64,000 bases of DNA, from positions 299,944-363,943 of the IMG/VR virus record IMGVR_UViG_3300021963_000021; one strand, written 5' to 3'. Shown piece after piece: positions 37,863 to 46,348 of the stretch. Every line of letters starts with the position of its first letter. The stretch's first letter is position 1. The notes below the pieces were generated by a model, which did not search any database, was not told the origin of the DNA, and saw only the letters and a list, made by a program, of their open reading frames with translations. This stretch comes from a virus. A program made the translations under genes and the position numbers.

Positions 37863-38035
37863 TAAGACTTTGGTTGGTATTTGCTATCCTTGCTGTTCTT
37901 ATTCACTTTGGCATTTCAACGTGGAGAAAGATGGAAGGCAAAGAGCGTCTGTCATTGACAAAATCCATTGCCTATAGTATAATTGTTTCATTGCTAGCGT
38001 TGCTGGTAATGACCACCCTTGTTATTTTATTTTAA
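37859..38035 (+). CDS. hypothetical small membrane protein (58 aa)
   Basis: MIRLWLVFAILAVLIHFGISTW... with two predicted TM segments. ATGA overlap with the upstream ORF. Not in the ORF track. Confidence 0.3.
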   Translation: MIRLWLVFAILAVLIHFGISTWRKMEGKERLSLTKSIAYSIIVSLLALLVMTTLVILF

Positions 38036-38044
38036 GGAAACATA

Positions 38045-38854
38045 ATGAAGCGTATTTTCACCCTTTCTATTCTCGCCGCCGCTGTTTTGGCAACGGGTTG
38101 TACTCGTATCGAAACTGGTGAAGTTGGCCTCCGTGTTGGTTTTGACAAGCAGGTTAAGAACGAGGAATTGCTGCCTGGTTCGTTTAATCAAACAATCATC
38201 GGTGATGTTCTTACATTCCCTGTGAAAGAAGTTGCTGTCAAAGTCGATGACATTACTCCACAAGCCAGCGACAACTCGACAATGAAAGACTTTGATTTGA
38301 CTGTTATCTATAACATCAATCCAAGTCAAATCGCTGAGATTTATAATACAAAGAATAAGAGTTTCCACGCTAATCACAATGGTGACACTTATTTGATGTA
38401 CAACTACATTTTCAATGCCGCACGTAACGCAACCTATAAAGCTGCTCGTAAGTACGAAGCGTTGAATATGGGTGATAACCGTGCTACCATGGAAGCTGAT
38501 ATCAAAGATGGCGTTACCAAAACGCTAGCCGATGAAAAGCTAGACGGTACTATCACTGTTACGCAAGTATTAATTCGTAGCATTATTCCAGCAGACAGTG
38601 TTGTTGCCAGTGCTAACGAGTTAGTTCGTGCTAAGAACGAAACCAAGCAGAAAGAAGCAGAAGTTCGTACTGCTCAACTTGAAGCACAGCGTATCCAAGC
38701 ATTGGCACAAAACGCTGGTGCTATCCAATACATGGACGCACAGGCTCGCATGAAGCAGGCAGATGCTGCTCTTAAGGTTGCCGAAGCTATCGCTAATTTC
38801 AAAGGTCAAACTTTGGTAATCGGTGCTGGTGCTAACGTAAACGTTGGCAAGTAA
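38045..38854 (+). CDS. SPFH/band-7 (prohibitin/stomatin-like) domain lipoprotein
   Basis: 269 aa. Lipobox LATGC. ETGEVGLRVGFDKQ...LPGSFNQTIIGDVLTFPVKEVAVKVDDITPQASDNSTMKDFDLTVIYNINPSQIAEIY follows the SPFH N-terminal pattern. Coiled-coil C-terminus. Confidence 0.5.
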   Translation: MKRIFTLSILAAAVLATGCTRIETGEVGLRVGFDKQVKNEELLPGSFNQTIIGDVLTFPVKEVAVKVDDITPQASDNSTMKDFDLTVIYNINPSQIAEIYNTKNKSFHANHNGDTYLMYNYIFNAARNATYKAARKYEALNMGDNRATMEADIKDGVTKTLADEKLDGTITVTQVLIRSIIPADSVVASANELVRAKNETKQKEAEVRTAQLEAQRIQALAQNAGAIQYMDAQARMKQADAALKVAEAIANFKGQTLVIGAGANVNVGK

Positions 38855-38855
38855 T

Positions 38856-39305
38856 ATGAAGCTGTTCGGACGTAGTAGTGGATACTACCTATTCTGGACA
38901 GGCTTTGTATATTTCTGGGTGGGCATGTATCTTGCGTTCACGCAGGCTGCTCGCCCAGAAATTGCCACACTAGGATTTATACTGGCTCTTAGTGTACCGC
39001 TTTGGTGTCCGCCAGTTGCTCGTCATTTCAATATGGAGCCTTTGATGTTTGATTTTTTTAAGAAAAGAGATTATTCTAACGTAGTCAAGTTTCCAGAAGC
39101 TAAAGAAGTTCCCTACGTCGAACCTCCTAAGGAAAAAGAAAAACCTACCCATACGTACTATCGGTTAGGACTTACTGACAATAACCGTGTTAGCTTTACG
39201 ATGGGCTATAGTGAAATTACTATGAATGCCGCAGGTATTGACAGTATGATTAAACTGCTAGAAACCTATCGAGATATGTTAAACGAAGAGCATGATGGTG
39301 AGTAA
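38856..39305 (+). CDS. membrane protein (possible NfeD-like partner of SPFH protein)
   Basis: ~150 aa with two TM helices at the N-terminus. Start chosen at the ATG (MKLFGRSS...). Translationally coupled to the SPFH gene. Confidence 0.35.
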   Translation: MKLFGRSSGYYLFWTGFVYFWVGMYLAFTQAARPEIATLGFILALSVPLWCPPVARHFNMEPLMFDFFKKRDYSNVVKFPEAKEVPYVEPPKEKEKPTHTYYRLGLTDNNRVSFTMGYSEITMNAAGIDSMIKLLETYRDMLNEEHDGE

Positions 39306-39592
39306 TGCTACAACTAAGATTTGAACTAAAGAATCCTTGGTCTAAAGATCGTTTTAAGAATCTAGGCTGTGTCAGCGGACGCATTTCCAAGAATAAAGCG
39401 TGGGAATTAGAACACACATTCTATGATGGTCTCATAGCAGACTGTGAGTTTAAGTTCACGACCAAAGAAGATCATGCTGGTCTAAACATTATGATAGGTG
39501 TTCTAGGCTACGCTGTTCATTTCAGCATCTACGATACTAGACACTGGGACTACGAAAACAACTGTTGGCAAGTTTATGAAGATTTGCGCTAG
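39305..39592 (+). CDS. hypothetical protein
   Basis: 95 aa. Its TAG stop lies within the first 7 nt of the downstream tRNA. Confidence 0.3.
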   Translation: MLQLRFELKNPWSKDRFKNLGCVSGRISKNKAWELEHTFYDGLIADCEFKFTTKEDHAGLNIMIGVLGYAVHFSIYDTRHWDYENNCWQVYEDLR

Positions 39593-39660
39593 AAGCCTAA
39601 TGGTCAGGCACGGGTCTCTAAAGCCCAGGATAGCAGGTTCGATTCCTGTCTAGCGCACCA
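39586..39660 (+). tRNA. tRNA with anticodon CUA (amber-suppressor-like, class I, amino-acid identity unknown)
   Basis: 75 nt: GCGCTAG-AA-GCCT-AATGGTC-AGGC-A-CGGGT-CTCTAAA-GCCCA-GGATA-GCAGG-TTCGATT-CCTGT-CTAGCGC-A-CCA. Perfect 7-bp acceptor stem, 4-bp D stem, T-loop TTCGATT and encoded CCA. The anticodon stem has 3 G-C pairs, a U-G wobble and one C-A mismatch. The loop is C-U-CUA-A-A (U33, A37). Confidence 0.6.
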
Positions 39661-39666
39661 CAAATT

Positions 39667-39876
39667 ATGGAAGTGACACGCATATATGACGGAGCAGATT
39701 GTTACCCCTGGCGAGAAGTTCGTGCTTGGTGGCCAGTTAAAACAATCGGTGGCCGATACATTTGGGGCAGCAAAGTCTACAAGCGTAGATTCTGGGCAGT
39801 ATGGGGTACAGGGTTCCATATGGAGCCAGAAGTTGAGTACGCAGAACTATTTGAGATATTAAAATATGAAGATTGA
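39667..39876 (+). CDS. hypothetical protein
   Basis: 69-aa Trp-rich ORF. Confidence 0.3.
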   Translation: MEVTRIYDGADCYPWREVRAWWPVKTIGGRYIWGSKVYKRRFWAVWGTGFHMEPEVEYAELFEILKYED

Positions 39877-40324
39877 AACAGCCGAAATAACTCACATCTT
39901 TCCTACAGAAGTTTGGTTTGAAAAAGACTTCATGGGAACTGTTCATATTAAGATACAACACATGGCTCCTGGTACTGAGCCATTTACCTTTGTCACTATC
40001 AACTATGACTATGCCTATACCAGCAATAGTCACCAACGAGACTTTGCTAAAAAGATTGGCGAACTACTAGGACAGCCAGATATACAAGAGCGACCCTGGG
40101 TCATGCCCGATAGCTGGAAACAGGACCTGGAAGACCTACAGGATGTTGAATGCCATTGTTATAACTGTAACAAAGATGTAAAAACTAAATCTGGGTGGCC
40201 TTTGGTTATGACGCAGATGATCGTTTGTCCCGAGTGCGGCAATAAACGTTGTCCACACGCAACCGATCACAGTCTAGAATGTAGTAAATCAAACGATCCA
40301 GGACAGCCCGGAAGTAGATACTAA
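39866..40324 (+). CDS. hypothetical zinc-finger protein
   Basis: 152 aa. C-terminal CHCYNCN...CPECGNKRCPH. Confidence 0.3.
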   Translation: MKIETAEITHIFPTEVWFEKDFMGTVHIKIQHMAPGTEPFTFVTINYDYAYTSNSHQRDFAKKIGELLGQPDIQERPWVMPDSWKQDLEDLQDVECHCYNCNKDVKTKSGWPLVMTQMIVCPECGNKRCPHATDHSLECSKSNDPGQPGSRY

Positions 40325-40572
40325 TGAATGTTCTAAAGATGACTCCCGAAGAAGCACAAGCCTTTATTAGAAGAATAATGGGTCCACCTAAGCGTAGACT
40401 CGAAGGCTCAGAACATGACAAGGTATGGCTGCTGTTACAAATGACAGAACCTGTGCGTGAAACCAACAATCAACACAGCTGGTGTGCTGAATATAACATT
40501 GGAGGAATAATGTATGATGTACATTATTTCCCAAACCAAGATCCGTTCATTGAGGTGTATCTAAATGATTGA
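40324..40572 (+). CDS. hypothetical protein
   Basis: 82-aa ORF. Confidence 0.3.
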   Translation: MNVLKMTPEEAQAFIRRIMGPPKRRLEGSEHDKVWLLLQMTEPVRETNNQHSWCAEYNIGGIMYDVHYFPNQDPFIEVYLND

Positions 40573-40876
40573 TTATTTCGAAGCACTGAAAGAAATGCAT
40601 CAAGGCAAGGTTGTCAAATATGTTGGCACTGTAAATGGCAATGTGATGAGCGACCGTGGTGCCAGTTTCTGTATGTGCCGTGGTTGTATCTTTTTATTCG
40701 ACAACGGTGTAATCAAATGGAACAAGTTGGGATACATGGTTTACGATCCAGATTACAGATATGAACTAACCGGCGAAACTGTAGATCCAAGAGCGTGGAA
40801 ACCAGAAAAGAAAACGGACCGTAAAGAGATTAAATCAAAGTTAGGCTACAGTCGTATAGGAAGGAACAATGTATGA
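40565..40876 (+). CDS. hypothetical protein
   Basis: 103-aa ORF. Confidence 0.3.
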   Translation: MIDYFEALKEMHQGKVVKYVGTVNGNVMSDRGASFCMCRGCIFLFDNGVIKWNKLGYMVYDPDYRYELTGETVDPRAWKPEKKTDRKEIKSKLGYSRIGRNNV

Positions 40877-41172
40877 ACGAACGAATCAAAGAACTCTGGG
40901 TCAAGGCTGCTGACTCTACAGCCGCTTTTCCTAGTGGACAAAATAATTCTTGGGAAACTCAGGTAAATTTTATGGAAAAGTTCGCCGAGTTGATTGTTCA
41001 GGAATGTGTTTCTATTGTAGATGATGCCGAACGAGGCGGTAGCAATGAAATCTGGGACAATGCGGTGAAGTTTATTAAACGAGATTTACAAGAACATTTC
41101 GGACTTGGATTGGCAACTGAAGATAAAAAGACCCTAATCAAAGAATTACTAGGAGTGAAAAATGTTCAATGA
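40873..41172 (+). CDS. hypothetical protein
   Basis: 99-aa ORF. Confidence 0.3.
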   Translation: MNERIKELWVKAADSTAAFPSGQNNSWETQVNFMEKFAELIVQECVSIVDDAERGGSNEIWDNAVKFIKRDLQEHFGLGLATEDKKTLIKELLGVKNVQ

Positions 41173-41347
41173 ACACTTTAAAAATCAAATAGAGCAAGGT
41201 GCTAAAGAGATGTTTTTCTATGCACTTGAAAATGCAGATCAAACTCGAGTAGAAATCAAAAGCCATAAAGGCACTATTGATACGTTTCCCGATCTAGAAT
41301 ATATTCGCCATTTAAGTGATGGCGTGCCGTTATTCAAGAATAAATAA
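41162..41347 (+). CDS. hypothetical protein
   Basis: 61-aa ORF. Confidence 0.3.
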   Translation: MFNEHFKNQIEQGAKEMFFYALENADQTRVEIKSHKGTIDTFPDLEYIRHLSDGVPLFKNK

Positions 41348-41423
41348 ATTTGTAGCGGGTGCTACAAACCAACACTCTTTAAACACTAGGTACTTAGAGT
41401 GTGTACCGTAACAAGGAGAAAAC

Positions 41424-42146
41424 ATGATGTATGAATCAAAGCTCGCCGCGGCTATCAAAGTAAACGGCAAAGTCCTCCGTGAATTCAAGGACACAGTCTA
41501 TATTCCATTTGCCAGTGAATATAGCATTCTACTAAAAAATCTCAATACAACTAGAGCAGTGGTCAATGTGTTCATTGATGGCGAAGATATGGTGCCTGGT
41601 GGTATCGTTCTTAACGCTGGACAGGAAGTTGATCTAGAACGTTCTGTAAAAAACGGCAATCTCAACGAAGGCAACAAGTTTAAGTTCATCGAGCGTACAG
41701 GTGCTGTAGAACAGCATCGCGGAGTTAAACTAGAAGACGGTCTTGTTCGTGTAGAGTTCCAGTTTGAACAGCCGTATCGCCCAATCTGGAATACTTCTAA
41801 TATCTCAGGAGGTATCTATCCACAGGGCAGCATCTTAAGAAGCAGCGATGTTTCTTACAGCACCAACGCTTCACTGAACTCTGTGACGGCTTCTGCTACA
41901 TCTGCTACCTTCGATGCTGGCATCACTGTGCCAGGCTCAAAGAGCGAACAGAAGTTTTCTACTACCTATGTAGGCACATTAGAAAGTGTTAAACATAGCA
42001 TAGTATTCCGTCTACTAGGCGGAGAAGCTGTTAAAGAAGCTGTGACTGTTAAGCATAAACCAAAATGTGTTACCTGCGGCAAACAGAACAAAGCCACTGC
42101 CAAGTTCTGTACCGAATGTGGCACTGCTTTGGAAATATTCGCTTAA
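41424..42146 (+). CDS. hypothetical protein with C-terminal zinc ribbon
   Basis: 240 aa. C-terminal CVTCGKQNKATAKFCTECGTAL. Confidence 0.35.
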   Translation: MMYESKLAAAIKVNGKVLREFKDTVYIPFASEYSILLKNLNTTRAVVNVFIDGEDMVPGGIVLNAGQEVDLERSVKNGNLNEGNKFKFIERTGAVEQHRGVKLEDGLVRVEFQFEQPYRPIWNTSNISGGIYPQGSILRSSDVSYSTNASLNSVTASATSATFDAGITVPGSKSEQKFSTTYVGTLESVKHSIVFRLLGGEAVKEAVTVKHKPKCVTCGKQNKATAKFCTECGTALEIFA

Positions 42147-42164
42147 AAATCACGCAGCGGGTCT

Positions 42165-42193
42165 TGACAGGTCCGCTGCTTTCACTTATACTG
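42165..42193 (+). promoter_or_regulatory. sigma70-like promoter (TTGACA-17-TATACT) overlapping a hairpin
   Basis: cagcgg-gtcTTGACAggt-ccgctg forms an inverted repeat that probably acts as a terminator for the upstream gene. The -10 is TATACT. Confidence 0.5.
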
Positions 42194-42226
42194 TATAGAC
42201 ATAAACAACTTCATAGAAAGACACAC

Positions 42227-43294
42227 ATGACTTACTTTCTTAAAATGGGCACCACTTTCCGTGTCAGCACCAAAGAAGCTCTTGACCTACATGAGCAACT
42301 GCCTGCTGGCAACTACGTGGTTAAGAAAGACGAAATGACTGGACAACTGTTCTTGGAACAGATTGACAAGTTCGAGTTCAAAGGCAAGATCTACGGCGAT
42401 GCTAATCGTCGTGCTGAACGTATCCTTAACACATTTATGGATCGAGATAACAGCACTGGCGTTATGCTCAACGGTGAGAAAGGTTCAGGCAAGACTCTGT
42501 TGGCTAAGACGCTGAGTATCAAAGGCTACGACATGGGCATTCCTACTATTGTTATCAATGCTCCTTGGTGTGGTGACAAGTTCAATGCGTTCATTCAAAT
42601 GATTGAACAGCCTGTGATTATCATCTTTGACGAGTTTGAAAAGGTCTACGATGAGCAGGAACAGGAACAGATGCTGACATTGTTGGATGGTGTTTACCCT
42701 TCAAAGAAAATGTTTGTATTAACCTGTAACGACAAATGGCGTGTAAACAGCCATATGCGTAATCGTCCTGGTCGTATCTTTTACTCACTGGAGTACAAGG
42801 GTCTTGAAGAAGACTTTATTCGTGAGTACTGCGAAGACAATCTCAATGCTAAAGAGCACATCGAAAAGATCGTGGGCATCGCTGGCACGTTTGATCAGTT
42901 CAACTTCGACATGCTGAAAGCCATGGTCGAAGAAATGAATCGATACAACGAGACTCCGCAAGAAGTCATGATCATGATCAATGCTCGTCCTGAGTACAGC
43001 AACACCAGCCGTTACGCTGTCAAGTTGGTGCGCAATGGTGAAGAGCAGGACATCGAGTTCCGCGAGTGGGAAGGCAATCCTTTGACCAAACACATTTCTA
43101 TCGACTACAAGGTCGTGGAAAACAAAGGTACAGAGGAAGAAGAATGGGACTGGAACAATGTTCGATTCACTCCTGCGGATCTCAAGAAGATCGACGATGC
43201 TGGACAGAAGTTTGTGTTTGCCAACGCAGATGGGTCACAACTGGTGCTTCAGAAAGCCAAAGAGAAAGAATACCGTTACTGGGACGCTTTCTAA
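42227..43294 (+). CDS. AAA+ ATPase
   Basis: ~355 aa from the ATG at 42227; the ORF-track extension to 42065 covers the promoter. Walker A GEKGSGKT, Walker B IIIFDEFEK, sensor-1 VLTCN. Confidence 0.6.
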   Translation: MTYFLKMGTTFRVSTKEALDLHEQLPAGNYVVKKDEMTGQLFLEQIDKFEFKGKIYGDANRRAERILNTFMDRDNSTGVMLNGEKGSGKTLLAKTLSIKGYDMGIPTIVINAPWCGDKFNAFIQMIEQPVIIIFDEFEKVYDEQEQEQMLTLLDGVYPSKKMFVLTCNDKWRVNSHMRNRPGRIFYSLEYKGLEEDFIREYCEDNLNAKEHIEKIVGIAGTFDQFNFDMLKAMVEEMNRYNETPQEVMIMINARPEYSNTSRYAVKLVRNGEEQDIEFREWEGNPLTKHISIDYKVVENKGTEEEEWDWNNVRFTPADLKKIDDAGQKFVFANADGSQLVLQKAKEKEYRYWDAF

Positions 43295-43296
43295 TA

Positions 43297-43321
43297 AAAG
43301 CCCCGCAAGGGGCTTTTTTAT
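43297..43321 (+). terminator. rho-independent terminator
   Basis: AAAAGCCCC-GCAA-GGGGCTTTTTTA directly after the AAA+ gene stop. Confidence 0.7.
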
Positions 43322-43504
43322 TCTCTACCCCAATTGATGTTTAACCATGCTCTTTCGTGTATGTAATGTAATACAGTCAATACAATGTTGGCCATGATTG
43401 CTCCGCTCCATCCTGCCCATATCGCAGTAATCAGTGTTGCTATGATTCTCCAGCATATTGCTCTTGCTATAGTCCGTTTGTGTGTTTCCATTTATACTCC
43501 AATA

Positions 43505-43527
43505 AAAAAGCCCCTTCCGGGGCTTTG
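43505..43527 (-). terminator. rho-independent terminator (minus strand)
   Basis: AGCCCC-TTCC-GGGGCT flanked by A/T runs, directly after the TerC-family gene stop. Confidence 0.6.
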
Positions 43528-43528
43528 A

Positions 43529-44203
43529 TTAATTTTTCTTTCTTATCTCTGTTCGGTAATACTGTTTAGCAGTAAGAATAACAGCACCAACAAATGGTAA
43601 TATCTTTTCTACAAAATCATGTAGTGGGTCATTCCATTTGTCAATAAAAGGTTCGTGTACTATCATATTGCCTGCCACATAGTATAAAACAAAAGCACCA
43701 ATGTAAATTGTGCTAGGATATTTATCAAGTATGTTAGCGACTAACGTGCTACCAAACAAGATGATAGGTACACTAATTAGTAGTCCAGCGATGATTAAAA
43801 TCCAATTACCACTTGCGGCACCTGCGATTGCTAGTGCGTTATCTAAGCCCATGACAGCATCTGCCATTACGATTGTGCCCATTGCTCCCCAGAATGTTGT
43901 AGCAGCTCTGACATTACTATGATCGTTGTTGTTAGAAGTTAACTTCCAAGCGATGTAGATCAACGCAAGTCCGCCGACTAGTCTTAGCCCAGGAATCATT
44001 AGCAAATATGTAAGAGCCGCAACACAGGCAAAGCGAACACCTACAGCACCAAAGGTACCCCAAAGCATAGCTCGTTTACGTAGGGGTTCTGGTAGTTGTT
44101 TAGACGCCATTGCTATAACCAGTGCGTTTTCGCCTCCTAGTACAACGTCTATTAAGATGATGGCTATTAAAGCCCATAAGAATTGAAGTGAGAGAATTTC
44201 CAT
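43529..44203 (-). CDS. TerC-family integral membrane protein (YjbE/YkoY/Alx-like)
   Basis: 224 aa with ~7 TM helices. Duplicated motif GGENALVIA...(M)GLDNALAIAGA is characteristic of the TerC family. Confidence 0.7.
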   Translation of the reverse strand: MEILSLQFLWALIAIILIDVVLGGENALVIAMASKQLPEPLRKRAMLWGTFGAVGVRFACVAALTYLLMIPGLRLVGGLALIYIAWKLTSNNNDHSNVRAATTFWGAMGTIVMADAVMGLDNALAIAGAASGNWILIIAGLLISVPIILFGSTLVANILDKYPSTIYIGAFVLYYVAGNMIVHEPFIDKWNDPLHDFVEKILPFVGAVILTAKQYYRTEIRKKN

Positions 44204-44306
44204 AAGTTTCCTTTAAATTTATGGTCTCGTCTCTTTGTCTACACACCGGGCTTGCGCCGTGATGACGATGTATAAAACCTTTTCAGGTTGACTACTCCCC
44301 AGGAAA
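44204..44306 (-). promoter_or_regulatory. structured 5' leader of TerC-family gene; candidate yybP-ykoY (Mn2+) riboswitch-like element
   Basis: Minus-strand RNA: UUUCCU-GGGGAGUAG-UCAACCUGAAAAGGUU...CACGGCGCAAGCCCGGUG...GACAAAGAGACGAGACCAUAAAUUUAAAGGAAACUU-AUG. It has the GGGGAGUAG and GAGAC/ACCAUA blocks, a closing helix UUUCCU/AGGAAA, and GAAA- and GCAA-capped hairpins. Confidence 0.4.
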
Positions 44307-44316
44307 TATTTATAAT
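44288..44316 (+). promoter_or_regulatory. sigma70-like promoter (TTGACT-17-TATAAT)
   Basis: TTGACTactccccaggaaatattTATAAT. Divergent from the TerC late box. Confidence 0.55.
44307..44314 (-). promoter_or_regulatory. T4-type late promoter box TATAAATA (minus strand) upstream of TerC leader
   Basis: Plus strand reads tatttata. Overlaps the divergent plus-strand -10. Confidence 0.45.
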
Positions 44317-44385
44317 AAGTAACATAGACATTAACAAAAGGAGATTAACATGTCAAAATAGATTGAATATGCTTGTAAGGACATA

Positions 44386-44928
44386 GTGTTTCACTTTAAC
44401 AAGAAGCACTTAGAAGATCAGACCATTCCCATGTGGGTCTTAAAATTCCATGGCGAAACCCTGTATGTAAATCACGTTGATTGTACTGTTGCTTGGTCAA
44501 CAAAAGAAACGCCTGATAACACACATACCAAAGGCAGCATCAAAGTCAAAGACGTACTGCTACGTATCAATGATGCCAACGAAGCCCAAATATCTCAATT
44601 AACACTGGTAGACAAGTTTAGGTTACGAAACCAAAAGCTGGGTATCACACGAGTGATGTTTAGCCCTAATGTCGCATTCCATAAAGCTCTACAGAACAAC
44701 GAGTTCAAGCATGGTCCGTTGAAACACATCCGTGGTGCTTGTGCCAGTTCGTTCGTGATCACTGATCTCACTGTGAAATCAGAAGTCACTATGGCCCTGT
44801 TAAAGTACAGCAACCAATTTAGGATTGTACAGCCCAACGAAACTTATTATCAGCAGTATGACAATGTCAAGGGCGAGAACCTACATGTGGATTATGGACA
44901 TCCTAGCACACCTTTTGAGTACAGTTAA
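44386..44928 (+). CDS. hypothetical protein
   Basis: 180 aa from a GTG start. An upstream in-frame ATG at 44350, with a strong AAGGAG RBS, is separated from this ORF by a single TAG codon (M-S-K-TAG-I-E-Y...). Confidence 0.35.
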   Translation: MFHFNKKHLEDQTIPMWVLKFHGETLYVNHVDCTVAWSTKETPDNTHTKGSIKVKDVLLRINDANEAQISQLTLVDKFRLRNQKLGITRVMFSPNVAFHKALQNNEFKHGPLKHIRGACASSFVITDLTVKSEVTMALLKYSNQFRIVQPNETYYQQYDNVKGENLHVDYGHPSTPFEYS

Positions 44929-44957
44929 CTTGACAGTTTGATAATATGAGCATATAA
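44929..44957 (+). promoter_or_regulatory. sigma70-consensus promoter
   Basis: TTGACAgtttgataatatgagcaTATAAT. Confidence 0.65.
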
Positions 44958-44991
44958 TTAAACATCGTAACAAATCTTTGAAAGGTACATC

Positions 44992-45441
44992 ATGGCCAGA
45001 GGTCGAGCACAACTTCCTGAAAAGCTAGAACGCATTATGGTACAGGCCACTCTCACAGGCTTGACCACTGCTGACATGATCAAGATCGCTAATCGTATGC
45101 GAGCCCTAGACGAAGAACGTCGTCAACGTGCTGACATCGATGAAACTATTGCGGGCTACACCTGGACAGCGATCAAAAGTGGTTGGCGAATTGTTGGCAC
45201 TGAAGGCCATGTGTTCGACTGTATCCGTAGTGTCAAGCGTCGACGTGAGCAATGGCGTGGACTAGAAACAGTTTGGACTATCACTGTGACTAAACCAGGA
45301 ACTCGATACAAGACCCGCGAGATCAAGGATAGATCACTGCGCATTGGCCACGACTGGAAGAAGCATATGATGCCCGAAACCAGCAAAGATCTCTATGCGT
45401 TGATCAGATTCATCGGCGGCACTAACTGGAGTCAAGAATGA
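44992..45441 (+). CDS. hypothetical protein
   Basis: 149-aa ORF. Confidence 0.3.
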   Translation: MARGRAQLPEKLERIMVQATLTGLTTADMIKIANRMRALDEERRQRADIDETIAGYTWTAIKSGWRIVGTEGHVFDCIRSVKRRREQWRGLETVWTITVTKPGTRYKTREIKDRSLRIGHDWKKHMMPETSKDLYALIRFIGGTNWSQE

Positions 45442-45541
45442 ACGGCGATGGAGCATTTTTTGGCACAATCTTAGCTATGATGGCTCTGCTGTTTGGGCAC
45501 CCTGTTGCTGCGGTGTTTATTTTTCTAATCGGAGTGCTGGT

Positions 45542-45772
45542 ATGAACATCAAGATCGAAGGACTGACTAAAAAGCAGAAGGCTATCATGGAGATCCTTTG
45601 GAACTGTAACAGCATGGACCAAGCACAGTTGTTCATACGCAGTATGCCCACACATCGTGATCGCTGTGACGCACAGAGCCTTATGATGCTGGCTCTTTGG
45701 GAAACACTGGAGTCCAAAGGCGGCCTAGATGAGTGGGCTGAGTTTGCCAACGAATGGATAGCCACACTATGA
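45542..45772 (+). CDS. hypothetical protein
   Basis: 76-aa ORF. Confidence 0.3.
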   Translation: MNIKIEGLTKKQKAIMEILWNCNSMDQAQLFIRSMPTHRDRCDAQSLMMLALWETLESKGGLDEWAEFANEWIATL

Positions 45773-46116
45773 TCAATTGGGCACAGGGTGTGGAAGATCT
45801 CAAATATGTGGGAATGGTTATTCCGCCAGAATGCCAGCAGAGTCTAGAAAGCTATCTAGTACGAGGATGGGCACCTGGGGGTTTCTTGACCAGTTGCCTA
45901 GCTGGAGATATGTTTCGTGCTGTGCGTGTAGCAGACACAGGCAATCGTCGTATGCTGTGGGCTATCGTTACTTGGATCATGGACAATGCGCCTGAGCATA
46001 GTTGGGGAAGTTATGAACTTGTGGAAGATTGGCAGAACGATAAAGATGGCCGTCGTTCGAATTATGCCTTGGCCTGTGAAAAAACTCGTGTATGGGAGAT
46101 TCTTAAAGATGGATAA
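45754..46116 (+). CDS. hypothetical protein
   Basis: 120-aa ORF. Confidence 0.3.
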   Translation: MDSHTMINWAQGVEDLKYVGMVIPPECQQSLESYLVRGWAPGGFLTSCLAGDMFRAVRVADTGNRRMLWAIVTWIMDNAPEHSWGSYELVEDWQNDKDGRRSNYALACEKTRVWEILKDG

Positions 46117-46348
46117 AGCATTCTGTAAAGACCTATTGTATGCGGGCATAACTGAGCTGATGGAAAACCGCAGATACTACTATACCAGCACTGTGGGTGT
46201 CAACTACAGCCATTGGACCGAAGAAGGCAAACAAGCAGTCAATGAATTGTTGGAGTTGATGACGCCTAAGATACAACAAGCACAGCACAACGAACTAGAT
46301 CGTCGTGCCAAAGATATGGTTATGAAAGAACTTAAGAAATCCAGTTAG
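46109..46348 (+). CDS. hypothetical protein
   Basis: ~79 aa from the ATG (MDKAFCKDLL...). The ORF-track N-terminal extension overlaps the previous gene. Confidence 0.3.
   Translation: MDKAFCKDLLYAGITELMENRRYYYTSTVGVNYSHWTEEGKQAVNELLELMTPKIQQAQHNELDRRAKDMVMKELKKSS

Noticed and set aside
42065-42226. N-terminal extension of the AAA+ ATPase ORF starting at 42065
   Set aside because: The extension overlaps the C-terminus and terminator hairpin of the previous gene and the 42165 promoter. The ATG at 42227 follows the promoter with a normal leader.
43322-43491. Minus-strand 56-aa hydrophobic ORF between the two terminators, whose ATG is embedded in TATAAATGG
   Set aside because: The late-box-like sequence overlaps the start codon rather than preceding it. 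No RBS is present. It may be a small membrane peptide, but evidence is insufficient, so it is left uncalled.
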